Source of the DNA: Geotalea uraniireducens Rf4
GTDB taxonomy: Bacteria; Desulfobacterota; Desulfuromonadia; Geobacterales; Geobacteraceae
Length of the DNA: 32,000 nt
Assembly (NCBI RefSeq): GCF_000016745.1
Contig: NC_009483.1
Span: forward strand, 2,370,001-2,402,000
Direction of reading: 5' to 3'
The first letter of the stretch is position 1. Every line of letters begins with the position of its first letter. The position numbers were made by a program, and so were the translations under genes. Below, one piece after another: positions 17,446-24,352 of the stretch. Below the pieces are notes generated by a model. It ran no database searches and had not been told where the DNA came from. It was given only the letters and a program-made list of their open reading frames with translations.

Positions 17446-18714
17446 TTAATGATGGTGGTGGCGCCTGCGCCTCAATGCGTAGGGGAGAAACAGTTCCAGA
17501 ATGTCGTCGACGGTAACAATCCCCGCCATTTTGTCTTCTTTATCAAGGACAGGAACGGCTATGAGATTGTATTTCGCGATAATCTCAAGAATTTCTTCCG
17601 GTGCCGCTTCCACATCCACTGTTTTCAGATTTGTGGACATAAGTTCTGAAATGGACGAGTTTGGCGGAGCCATGATAAGCTCCTTAAGGCTCACAACTCC
17701 CTGTAACCGTTCATCCGGATTGGTAACGTAGACGTAATAGACTGTTTCCACATCAGGCGCCAGGAGCCTTACTTCTTTTAAGGCGTCTTCCACCGTCAGT
17801 TCGCTGGATATAGCCAGGAATTCACTGTTCATGAGGCCACCAGCCGTATCTTCCTCGTGTTCCATCAGTTCCTGAATGTCCTCAGCCTCCTCAACATCCA
17901 TAAGCCCCAGCAATTCCTGCGCTTTTTCTTCAGGCAGGTCGCCGAGGACGTCTGCGGCCTCGTCCGGGTCCATCTCTTCCAGGATGTCGGATGCCTGCTC
18001 ACTATCCAACTGGCTTATGACACGACTGCGCAATTCCGGTTCCAGTTCGTGGATGGCTTCACCGGCAGTTTCGGTATCCAGGGAGTTCAAGACGGTCTGG
18101 ATATTTTTCGTCGGAATCTGGGAGATGATATGGGCAAGGTCGGCCGGGTGCAGTTCTTTCATTTGTTCGCGAGCCACGGTCAAGGTGAGGCGTGACAGGT
18201 TCATCTCCAGAAGTTGCACGTATTCCCAGCTTATGTGCTGGTGTGGAAGCTGTTTTTTCAGAATGCCCGCAATTTTCTCTCCCAGATGTTCGTATCCGAG
18301 TCGGCGAAGAAGTCCTCTAAAGCCGATATCTACGAAGAAAATACAGAGATGCTCCTTATAGCTTCCCAGTTTGAGATCATTCACACGGACTACTTTTGCG
18401 CCGTTGACATCGACGATCTGCTTATCGAGAATGTCGCGCTTGACCAGGATTTCGCCATCTTTAGCAATGTATTCCGGCAGGTGGTTGGTCGCACCGGCTA
18501 TGGAAATGACAAAGCGGTTAAAAAGAGAAATGCGGTTCCAGGGGATGGAGAGTATGCGCCGCCCTTTTTTGACCAGCAGGTGCGACACTTCAGGGAACAC
18601 TTCACCGGGGACCATGATCAGGTCCCACAGTTTGCCGATCTCATGGCCTTGGGTGTTGATGACGGTTTTGCCGAGTATTGAACTGATAAAAATTTCACTC
18701 ATGACATTATTCAT
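17446..18714 (-). CDS. Soluble PRC-barrel / MgtE N-domain / CBS-pair protein (MgtE cytoplasmic sensor without the membrane pore)
   Basis: The track ORF starts at 18768, inside the riboswitch terminator, so ATG 18714 (or 18702) is preferred. PRC-like segments are GKTVINTQGHEIGKLWDL and ILDKQIVDVNGAKVVRVNDLKL. MgtE_N-like acidic helices follow (LHPADLAHIISQIP...EEMDPDEAADVLGDLPEEKAQELL...EDIQELMEHEEDTAGGLM). A CBS pair runs to IVTVDDILELF. The protein ends LPYALRRRRHHHH with no hydrophobic helix. Confidence 0.85.
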   Translation of the reverse strand: MNNVMSEIFISSILGKTVINTQGHEIGKLWDLIMVPGEVFPEVSHLLVKKGRRILSIPWNRISLFNRFVISIAGATNHLPEYIAKDGEILVKRDILDKQIVDVNGAKVVRVNDLKLGSYKEHLCIFFVDIGFRGLLRRLGYEHLGEKIAGILKKQLPHQHISWEYVQLLEMNLSRLTLTVAREQMKELHPADLAHIISQIPTKNIQTVLNSLDTETAGEAIHELEPELRSRVISQLDSEQASDILEEMDPDEAADVLGDLPEEKAQELLGLMDVEEAEDIQELMEHEEDTAGGLMNSEFLAISSELTVEDALKEVRLLAPDVETVYYVYVTNPDERLQGVVSLKELIMAPPNSSISELMSTNLKTVDVEAAPEEILEIIAKYNLIAVPVLDKEDKMAGIVTVDDILELFLPYALRRRRHHHH

Positions 18715-18724
18715 AACTGGTTCC

Positions 18725-18760
18725 ACAATATAAAAGGCCCTTTCAGGGAGAAAGGGCCTT
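18725..18760 (-). terminator. Intrinsic terminator forming the expression platform of the M-box riboswitch
   Basis: The minus strand reads AAGGCCCUUU-CUCCCUG-AAAGGGCCUU, followed by UUUAUAUUGUGG. This is a 10-bp GC-rich stem, a 7-nt loop and a U-rich tail, sitting ~10 nt before the start codon. Confidence 0.75.
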
Positions 18761-18780
18761 ATACGCAAAAGGGCACGACT

Positions 18781-18948
18781 TTCCCCTGGTTTGAGTTTCA
18801 GCAGTGCACAACGTAGGTCGAAAATGACAACCAGCTACATTAGATAAAGCCTTAATCCGACTAAACCTGGTCTACCGCATTGGCGTCTTTCGACGTTTCT
18901 GGGCAGTAGCTTTTGTTTGTGCAAACGCCTCTTCCTAACGAGGAATTA
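18781..18948 (-). promoter_or_regulatory. M-box (ykoK-leader class) Mg2+-sensing riboswitch
   Basis: The minus strand reads UUCCUCGUUAGGAAGAGGC-GUUUGCACAAAC-AAAAGCUACUGCCCAGAAACGUCGAAAGACGCCAAUGCGGUAGAC...UCGGAUUAAGGCUUUAUCUAAUGUAGCUGGUUGUC...CCUACGUUGUGCACUGCUGAAACUCAAACCAGGGGAA. These blocks match, in order, the conserved M-box core as I remember the B. subtilis mgtE leader. P1 can form between UUCCUC and GGGGAA. Confidence 0.8.
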
Positions 18949-18957
18949 CGACTAAAA

Positions 18958-18986
18958 TTTATATTCCCGGTCGGATTATTTGTCAA
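18958..18986 (-). promoter_or_regulatory. Near-consensus sigma70 promoter (TTGACA-17 nt-TATAAA) driving the M-box operon
   Basis: The minus strand reads AGGGTTGACAAATAATCCGACCGGGAATATAAATTTTAGT. The -35 maps to 18981-18986 and the -10 to 18958-18963. The predicted start lies a few nt before the riboswitch P1. Confidence 0.65.
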
Positions 18987-19116
18987 CCCTTTGTTTGGTT
19001 TCTGCTTGTCAGTCTCTGCTGCAGCGGTAGTGACGCCAACGGCGCAGGCTGGTCTGAAGATTGACACCCCATATTTTTACTGTTACCTTATGGCAAACTT
19101 ACTAATGGAGACAGGC

Positions 19117-19899
19117 ATGCAATTTCCAAACTTCGACCCGGTTTTCCTTCGTTTGGGTCCCCTTGAGTTTCGTTGGTACGGCCTCATGTATATTATCGGT
19201 TTTGTGAGCGCCTATTTTATCATCAAGGCCGGCGTCAGGCGAAAAAACGTTCCTCTGACCAAGGACGATGTGGCGGATCTTATTTTTTCTGTGGCTCTCG
19301 GCATCATTCTCGGTGGCCGTTTCGGCTACATTCTATTTTATAATTTTTCCTACTATCTCGCCCATCCCCTCAAGTTCTTTGCCGTGTGGGAAGGGGGGAT
19401 GTCCTTTCATGGCGGGTTGATCGGAGCCGTTCTGGCTGGATTATATTATATCAGAAAGAAGAAAATTGCCTTTTATCAAATAGCCGATGTCGGCTTTCTT
19501 GCCGCACCGGTAGGCCTTGGGTTGGGGAGGGTCGGCAATTTCATAAACGGTGAACTGTATGGACGGGTTACCGATGCCCCCTGGGGGATGGTCTTTCCCA
19601 CCGGCGGTAATCTTCCGCGTCATCCTTCGCAACTTTACGAGGCTTTTCTCGAAGGTCCGCTGATGTTTGTGATCCTCTGGGTGATTGGCAGGAAAGAACA
19701 TCCTGCAGGTGTTATATTCTGGGCATTTATCTGTATGTATGGTCTTTTTCGATTTATTGTGGAGTTTTTCCGCGAACCGGATAGCCAGATCGGTTTCATT
19801 CTAGGTGGTCTTTCCATGGGACAGATGTTGAGTTTGCCGATGTTCTTACTGGGTGGGGGGATGATCGTCTGGCTGTATGGCAGGAGGAAAGTGCGTTAA
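19117..19899 (+). CDS. lgt: Prolipoprotein diacylglyceryl transferase
   Basis: MQFPNFDPVFLRLGPLEFRWYGLMYIIGF at the N-terminus, GGMSFHGGLIGAVLAG, and the Lgt signature GRVGNFINGELYGR. GGAG lies 7 nt before ATG 19117. The longer track ORF from 18913 would overlap the divergent promoter and riboswitch region. Confidence 0.92.
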   Translation: MQFPNFDPVFLRLGPLEFRWYGLMYIIGFVSAYFIIKAGVRRKNVPLTKDDVADLIFSVALGIILGGRFGYILFYNFSYYLAHPLKFFAVWEGGMSFHGGLIGAVLAGLYYIRKKKIAFYQIADVGFLAAPVGLGLGRVGNFINGELYGRVTDAPWGMVFPTGGNLPRHPSQLYEAFLEGPLMFVILWVIGRKEHPAGVIFWAFICMYGLFRFIVEFFREPDSQIGFILGGLSMGQMLSLPMFLLGGGMIVWLYGRRKVR

Positions 19900-19927
19900 C
19901 TGGGAGAAAGGACGGCGGATGTTCTTC

Positions 19928-20353
19928 CTATTGCAATCTTTTTTTCATTTCAAGGACATTGCCGTCACAGACTTTCCTGTAGCAGACGGAATCCATCAGC
20001 GATTTTATCATGTATATGCCGCGACCACGGTCCTCCAACTCCTCAAAGTTAGGTGCAGGGATGGTGTTGATATCGAATCCCTGGCCAAAATCGTAAACCT
20101 TGATGGTTAAATCATCTTCGCAGATGTTTATCACAATATGTACCATTTTGTCAGGGTCGCCGGTGTTTGCGTGCTTGATGGCGTTTACCATCGCCTCGGT
20201 CAGGACCAGGTTCAAATGATAGGCGAGGGTATCCCGGTCGCCGGTATACTTAACCAGTTCCTTGGCGATATCTTCTCCAATTCTGCCGATAAGACTCAAA
20301 TAGCGAGTCTGGTTGGGGACCTTGATATCAACCTCTATTTCATTCTTTTCCAT
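19928..20353 (-). CDS. Anti-sigma-factor-type serine kinase (RsbW/SpoIIAB-like GHKL ATPase)
   Basis: 141 aa. The N-box is EAMVNAIKHAN, G1 is VYDFGQGFD and G2 is GRGIYMIKSLMD. It lies directly downstream of a STAS gene. Confidence 0.85.
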   Translation of the reverse strand: MEKNEIEVDIKVPNQTRYLSLIGRIGEDIAKELVKYTGDRDTLAYHLNLVLTEAMVNAIKHANTGDPDKMVHIVINICEDDLTIKVYDFGQGFDINTIPAPNFEELEDRGRGIYMIKSLMDSVCYRKVCDGNVLEMKKRLQ

Positions 20354-20372
20354 CTGAGCCTCACCTTAATAA

Positions 20373-20708
20373 CTAAAAGTTGTCCAGTGCTTCGGAAGTG
20401 GAGGAGAATATCTCGAATACCCTGTGCAGTCTTGTCAGTTCAAACATCGACCTTACCTGTGATTGGAGTGAAGACAGTTTAAGGATTCCCTGATGGGAAA
20501 TGGCGTTTTTAAAGCCCGAAACGAGCGCTCCCAAACCTGAGCTGTCGATAAAGCGAACGTCCTTCAGGTCTACCAGCACATTCTTCTTGCCTTCTTCAAA
20601 AAGTCTCTGCACCTCTATTTTCAACTCTCCAGAGTTGTGGGCGTCGAGTCTCTCCTCTTTTACATAGATAATTACGACGTCATTCCTTGTTTCGGTTTGA
20701 AGATTCAT
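20373..20708 (-). CDS. STAS-domain anti-anti-sigma factor (RsbV/SpoIIAA-like)
   Basis: 111 aa. VLVDLKDVRFIDSSGLGALV contains the conserved phosphorylatable Ser context (DSSGL). GGAG lies 6 nt before the ATG. Confidence 0.88.
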   Translation of the reverse strand: MNLQTETRNDVVIIYVKEERLDAHNSGELKIEVQRLFEEGKKNVLVDLKDVRFIDSSGLGALVSGFKNAISHQGILKLSSLQSQVRSMFELTRLHRVFEIFSSTSEALDNF

Positions 20709-20762
20709 GCCATGCTCCTGTGAGTTAACTCGCTGTTTATTTTGATTTTGCCTTTAAATATA

Positions 20763-20791
20763 GTTATATAGCAATGCGGCTGGTGGTTCAA
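20763..20791 (-). promoter_or_regulatory. Candidate sigma70 promoter for the STAS/kinase pair (TTGAAC-17 nt-TATAAC)
   Basis: The minus strand reads TTGAACCACCAGCCGCATTGCTATATAAC within the 144-nt gap upstream of the STAS gene. Confidence 0.35.
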
Positions 20792-20852
20792 CTAAATATG
20801 TTGTTCAGCCGGTAAGTCTTGATTTTCGTAGAACGTTTTCAGCCCGCTGCTT

Positions 20853-23800
20853 TCAATCTACTTTCATGACAACCATGGAAATATCGTCCTGCAGCAAAGT
20901 GGATGAAGTATATTCCGTTACCTCCTTAAAGATCCTCTCGATAATTTTCTGGGGCTCATTTTCAAAAACTTCAGTCAAAACAGTGCAGAGCCTTTCTGTG
21001 CCGAATAATTCCCCAGTTACAGTTTGTGCTTCAATAATTCCATCAGTGTAGAAAAGTACCAAGTCACCTTTCTGCAATTGGATACTCTTTCCTTCAAAGG
21101 AGACAGCACGGTTGACTCCAAGAATAAGACCTTCTGCGTCCAGTTCGGTGCAGGCCAACTTTCCACGTCGGAGAAGGATGGGGGGATTGTGGCCGGCGTT
21201 GGCATAGTTGAGGACGCGGCTTTCTGCGTTGTAATTCGCATAAAACATGGTAATGAAGAGTTCGGCTCTGGTCAGATCTTCGTAGAGAAGGTCGTTGAGG
21301 ACGGAAAGTATATCGGTACAGGAAGTCGTCGAATGTACTTGAGCCCGCAGAACGCTGCGCGTTTCAACCATTATCAATGCAGCTCCGACGCTGTGACCTG
21401 ACACATCGGCTATGATCATGTCGATATCGTTTTCACCGCGCAGAAAGTAGTCATAATAGTCGCCTCCCACATGGGCTGCAGGTACACAGTAGCAGGCAAA
21501 ACGAACGCCGGGCAAATATGGGAACGAAGCCGGCAGGAGCGAAAGTTGTATCTGCTTTGCAATTTCCATATCTCTGAGCACTCTGGCGTTTTCCAGCAGG
21601 GCTTCTTCTTTTTGCTGTCGTTCCTTTTCCTTGGCTTCCCGTTCAGAGACGATCTTTACCGCCTGAGCCAATTGTCCGGCAAGACTGCCGAGAAGCTGAA
21701 GGAACGGTTCGGTGAAAAGGCCCACTATCGACTTTGAGAATACCGAGAGAATCCCCATCGGGGGGTCCCCTTCACTGGCGATAGGGATATGGGCGAATGA
21801 CTTTATTCCTTCGTGCTCCATGATTTCTTTAGACTTGGGTTTGGTAAGATACTGCGTGTCATTGACGAATTCCGCTCTATTGCCCAGGAATGCTTCACCT
21901 ATGTGGGTGTCGATTTCCGGCAGCCTGCCGTGTCGGGTAATCTGCTGGTTTCCTGTGCCGCGGTAACAACGGACGGTTAAAATTCCCTGTTCATCCACCA
22001 GCCTGATAACGGCCAGATCAAACTTGAATTCCTTACGGAGCAATTCAAGGAGATCTTCCATGATGATCTGCAGGTCGAGGGACCGGTTCATGATTTCCGA
22101 AGCCCGTAGTCTGACGTAAAGCGCTTCCCGACTCTGGTCGAGTGAGGTGCGGACTGTGCTGAAGATGTCGTACACGGACTCCATTTTTGAGCCGATGTCG
22201 CTCAGGTAGCTTTCGACGATGGCTCCGGCAGCTGCTGCGCCCAGAGAACCGGCCAGTGTTTTCTCGATAAATCGTTTGAGATTCGGCAGTTCAAACTCCG
22301 ACACTCCGCCTTTTCCGTCGATTTCCCTGTTTCCCAGGTATTCACTTATGGCGGAGTGGGCCTGAGTTTCTCCGATGAATTTTGTCATGAGATTTACAAA
22401 TTGCAGGATCGTTACCGGTTTCGAGAGCCGCTTCGTTTCCCACGGCATCTTGATTTGCTCCGGTTCAAAAACGTCAACGAATCTTTTTACCTGCTCCTGT
22501 TCACGTTCATCCTGGCCCAATATGATGGAAAGTGCCAGATAAGCGCCGATATTGAACAGCATGCTCCAGAACAGGGAGTGGCTCCAGATATCAAAGCCGA
22601 CAAGACCGAAAAGTTGTGTGGGTCTCAAAAAGTCCAGACCGAAGGGCCCTTTTGTCAGAATATCGCTTTGCCACCATCCTGATTTCACAAAGGAAGGGAC
22701 GAGCAAGGTGTAAAACCAGATTATGAAGCCGAGGAGCATGCCGGTTATTGCCCCGGCCTTGTTTCCCCTGTGCCAGTAGAGCCCGCCGATCAGAGCGGGG
22801 CCGAACTGGGCGGCGGCGGCAAAAGACATGAGCCCCATGGTGACCAGCATATAGGTTTCGCCAACGATGTTCTGGTAAAAATATCCGAGTAAGACGACCA
22901 GGAAGATGCCGAAGCGCTTCATGTTGATGAGCAGAACCGGGAACCAGCTTCGCGGTTTCAGCCTGACCACGACCGGCATGATCAGGTGGTTGAGAAACAT
23001 GGTGGAAATTGCAACGGATTCGACCATAACCATCCCGGCTGCGGCGGAAAAACCACCAAGAAAAGCGATCAATGCCAGCCAGGAATGACCGCTCAGCAAG
23101 GGGAGGGTGAGAACAAAATAATCGGCATTGGCGCTGTTGCCGGTAAAGAGGATTCCTCCCAGGGCGATGGGCATGACAAAGAAGTTTATCAAAAACATGT
23201 AGACGGGGAACAGCCACATGGCCTTTTTTATATGCTCCTCGTTGGAGTTTTCGATGACCATGATGTGAAACTGACGGGGGAGCAACATGATGGCTCCCAT
23301 GGAGAGGTAGAGCATGGTGAACCAGTTTGCATAGGAGATTTCCCCTGGTTCACCGAAGGTTGTCAGGCGGTTGAGGAGTACCTGGTTTGCATTCATCCGG
23401 GAAAAAATGTCTTCAAAACCGTCAAAAAGAATATAGGTAGTAAATAAGCCGACCAGTAAATAAGCCCCGAGCTTTACGATCGATTCCACTGCTATGGCCG
23501 CCACGAGCCCTTCATGTCGCTCTGAAGAAACCAGGCGCCGAGCGCCGAAGATTACGGCAAAGGTGCTGAGTATCAGCGCGGCAAAAAAGCCTGTTTGGAA
23601 TGTCAATGGGGAACGGCCCTGCATCAGTGGGAGCTGGACCGACGGGTGACCGCAGATGATGTCAAAGGTTGTGGTTACCGCCTTGAGCTGCACAGCTATA
23701 TAAGGTGTTATGCCGAGGATGATGATGATGGTAACCAGTGCCCCGAGCCATTGCGATTTCCCGTAGCGCGAGCTGATAAAGTCGGCTATGGAGGTGATGT

Positions 23801-24092
23801 TGTTTTCCTTGGCGATTCGCACAATCTTGCGCAGCAGGAACCACCAGGAAAATGCGGTGAGTGTGGGGCCAAGATATACGAGAAGAAAATCGAGACCGGT
23901 TGTGGCAGCCTTCCCGACGCTGCCGTAATAGGTCCATGTGGTAGCATAAACAGCGATGGAAAGGGAATAGATATAGGGGTTGGAGATGATGCTTTTACCC
24001 TTCTCCTGCTTCTTGTCAGCGTAGTAAGCGATCAGGAAGAGGAAAAATATGTAAAGGAGGGAGACCCCGATGACCAGTTTGATGCTCAGCAT
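20853..24092 (-). CDS. Sodium:solute symporter (SSS/SLC5)-like membrane domain fused to GAF and PP2C (SpoIIE/RsbU-type) phosphatase
   Basis: 1079 aa. Residues ~1-525 form ~13 hydrophobic helices with an SSS-like N-terminus (YATTWTYYGSVGKAATTGLDFLLVYLGP). Residues ~665-812 are GAF-like. Residues ~845-1079 are PP2C (AAHVGGDYYDYF, MIIADVSGHSVGAALIM, NAGHNPPILL, LVLFYTDGIIEA, QDDISMVVMKV). Confidence 0.88.
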   Translation of the reverse strand: MLSIKLVIGVSLLYIFFLFLIAYYADKKQEKGKSIISNPYIYSLSIAVYATTWTYYGSVGKAATTGLDFLLVYLGPTLTAFSWWFLLRKIVRIAKENNITSIADFISSRYGKSQWLGALVTIIIILGITPYIAVQLKAVTTTFDIICGHPSVQLPLMQGRSPLTFQTGFFAALILSTFAVIFGARRLVSSERHEGLVAAIAVESIVKLGAYLLVGLFTTYILFDGFEDIFSRMNANQVLLNRLTTFGEPGEISYANWFTMLYLSMGAIMLLPRQFHIMVIENSNEEHIKKAMWLFPVYMFLINFFVMPIALGGILFTGNSANADYFVLTLPLLSGHSWLALIAFLGGFSAAAGMVMVESVAISTMFLNHLIMPVVVRLKPRSWFPVLLINMKRFGIFLVVLLGYFYQNIVGETYMLVTMGLMSFAAAAQFGPALIGGLYWHRGNKAGAITGMLLGFIIWFYTLLVPSFVKSGWWQSDILTKGPFGLDFLRPTQLFGLVGFDIWSHSLFWSMLFNIGAYLALSIILGQDEREQEQVKRFVDVFEPEQIKMPWETKRLSKPVTILQFVNLMTKFIGETQAHSAISEYLGNREIDGKGGVSEFELPNLKRFIEKTLAGSLGAAAAGAIVESYLSDIGSKMESVYDIFSTVRTSLDQSREALYVRLRASEIMNRSLDLQIIMEDLLELLRKEFKFDLAVIRLVDEQGILTVRCYRGTGNQQITRHGRLPEIDTHIGEAFLGNRAEFVNDTQYLTKPKSKEIMEHEGIKSFAHIPIASEGDPPMGILSVFSKSIVGLFTEPFLQLLGSLAGQLAQAVKIVSEREAKEKERQQKEEALLENARVLRDMEIAKQIQLSLLPASFPYLPGVRFACYCVPAAHVGGDYYDYFLRGENDIDMIIADVSGHSVGAALIMVETRSVLRAQVHSTTSCTDILSVLNDLLYEDLTRAELFITMFYANYNAESRVLNYANAGHNPPILLRRGKLACTELDAEGLILGVNRAVSFEGKSIQLQKGDLVLFYTDGIIEAQTVTGELFGTERLCTVLTEVFENEPQKIIERIFKEVTEYTSSTLLQDDISMVVMKVD

Positions 24093-24352
24093 CAGTGCCG
24101 CTCCCCTTTTTCGTCTTTTTCTCTTTCAGACATATCAATGGCTTTGGTGAAGAGAAAGATGACAAAAATTGAAACCAGCCAGCCGATCTGGAAATAGAGG
24201 TAGAGGAACGGTATATGGAAAACAACGATCGGTTTATTGAAGATGGTGACAAAGGGATAGTTCATCATGATGATTCCCAAAATAAAGAAAATCACCCATG
24301 ATTCCTTGAGACGTAAACGTTTAAATAGTAAGGTCTTCAGTATCGGCCACAT
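24092..24352 (-). CDS. Small two-TM membrane protein, translationally coupled on both sides
   Basis: 86 aa with two hydrophobic helices (WVIFFILGIIMMNYPFVTIF; LYLYFQIGWLVSIFVIFLF) and a charged tail. Its ATG overlaps the upstream stop (TAATG at 24350-24354). Its stop overlaps the downstream ATG (TGATG at 24090-24094). Confidence 0.6.
   Translation of the reverse strand: MWPILKTLLFKRLRLKESWVIFFILGIIMMNYPFVTIFNKPIVVFHIPFLYLYFQIGWLVSIFVIFLFTKAIDMSEREKDEKGERH

Noticed and set aside
18715-18768. ORF-track start at 18768 for the MgtE_N/CBS protein
   Set aside because: The extra 18 codons would be translated from the riboswitch terminator hairpin itself. ATG 18714 follows the hairpin and has a weak SD (GUGGAA).
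18913-19116. ORF-track start at 18913 for lgt
   Set aside because: The 68-residue extension overlaps the divergent promoter and M-box region and lacks Lgt similarity. Lgt proteins begin close to the FPxxDPV motif found right after ATG 19117, which also has a GGAG SD.
22591-23217. 208-aa ORF on the minus strand in another frame of the SSS-GAF-PP2C gene
   Set aside because: It is an off-frame overlap within a strongly supported 1079-codon ORF, and its product is Arg/Pro/His-rich with no motifs.
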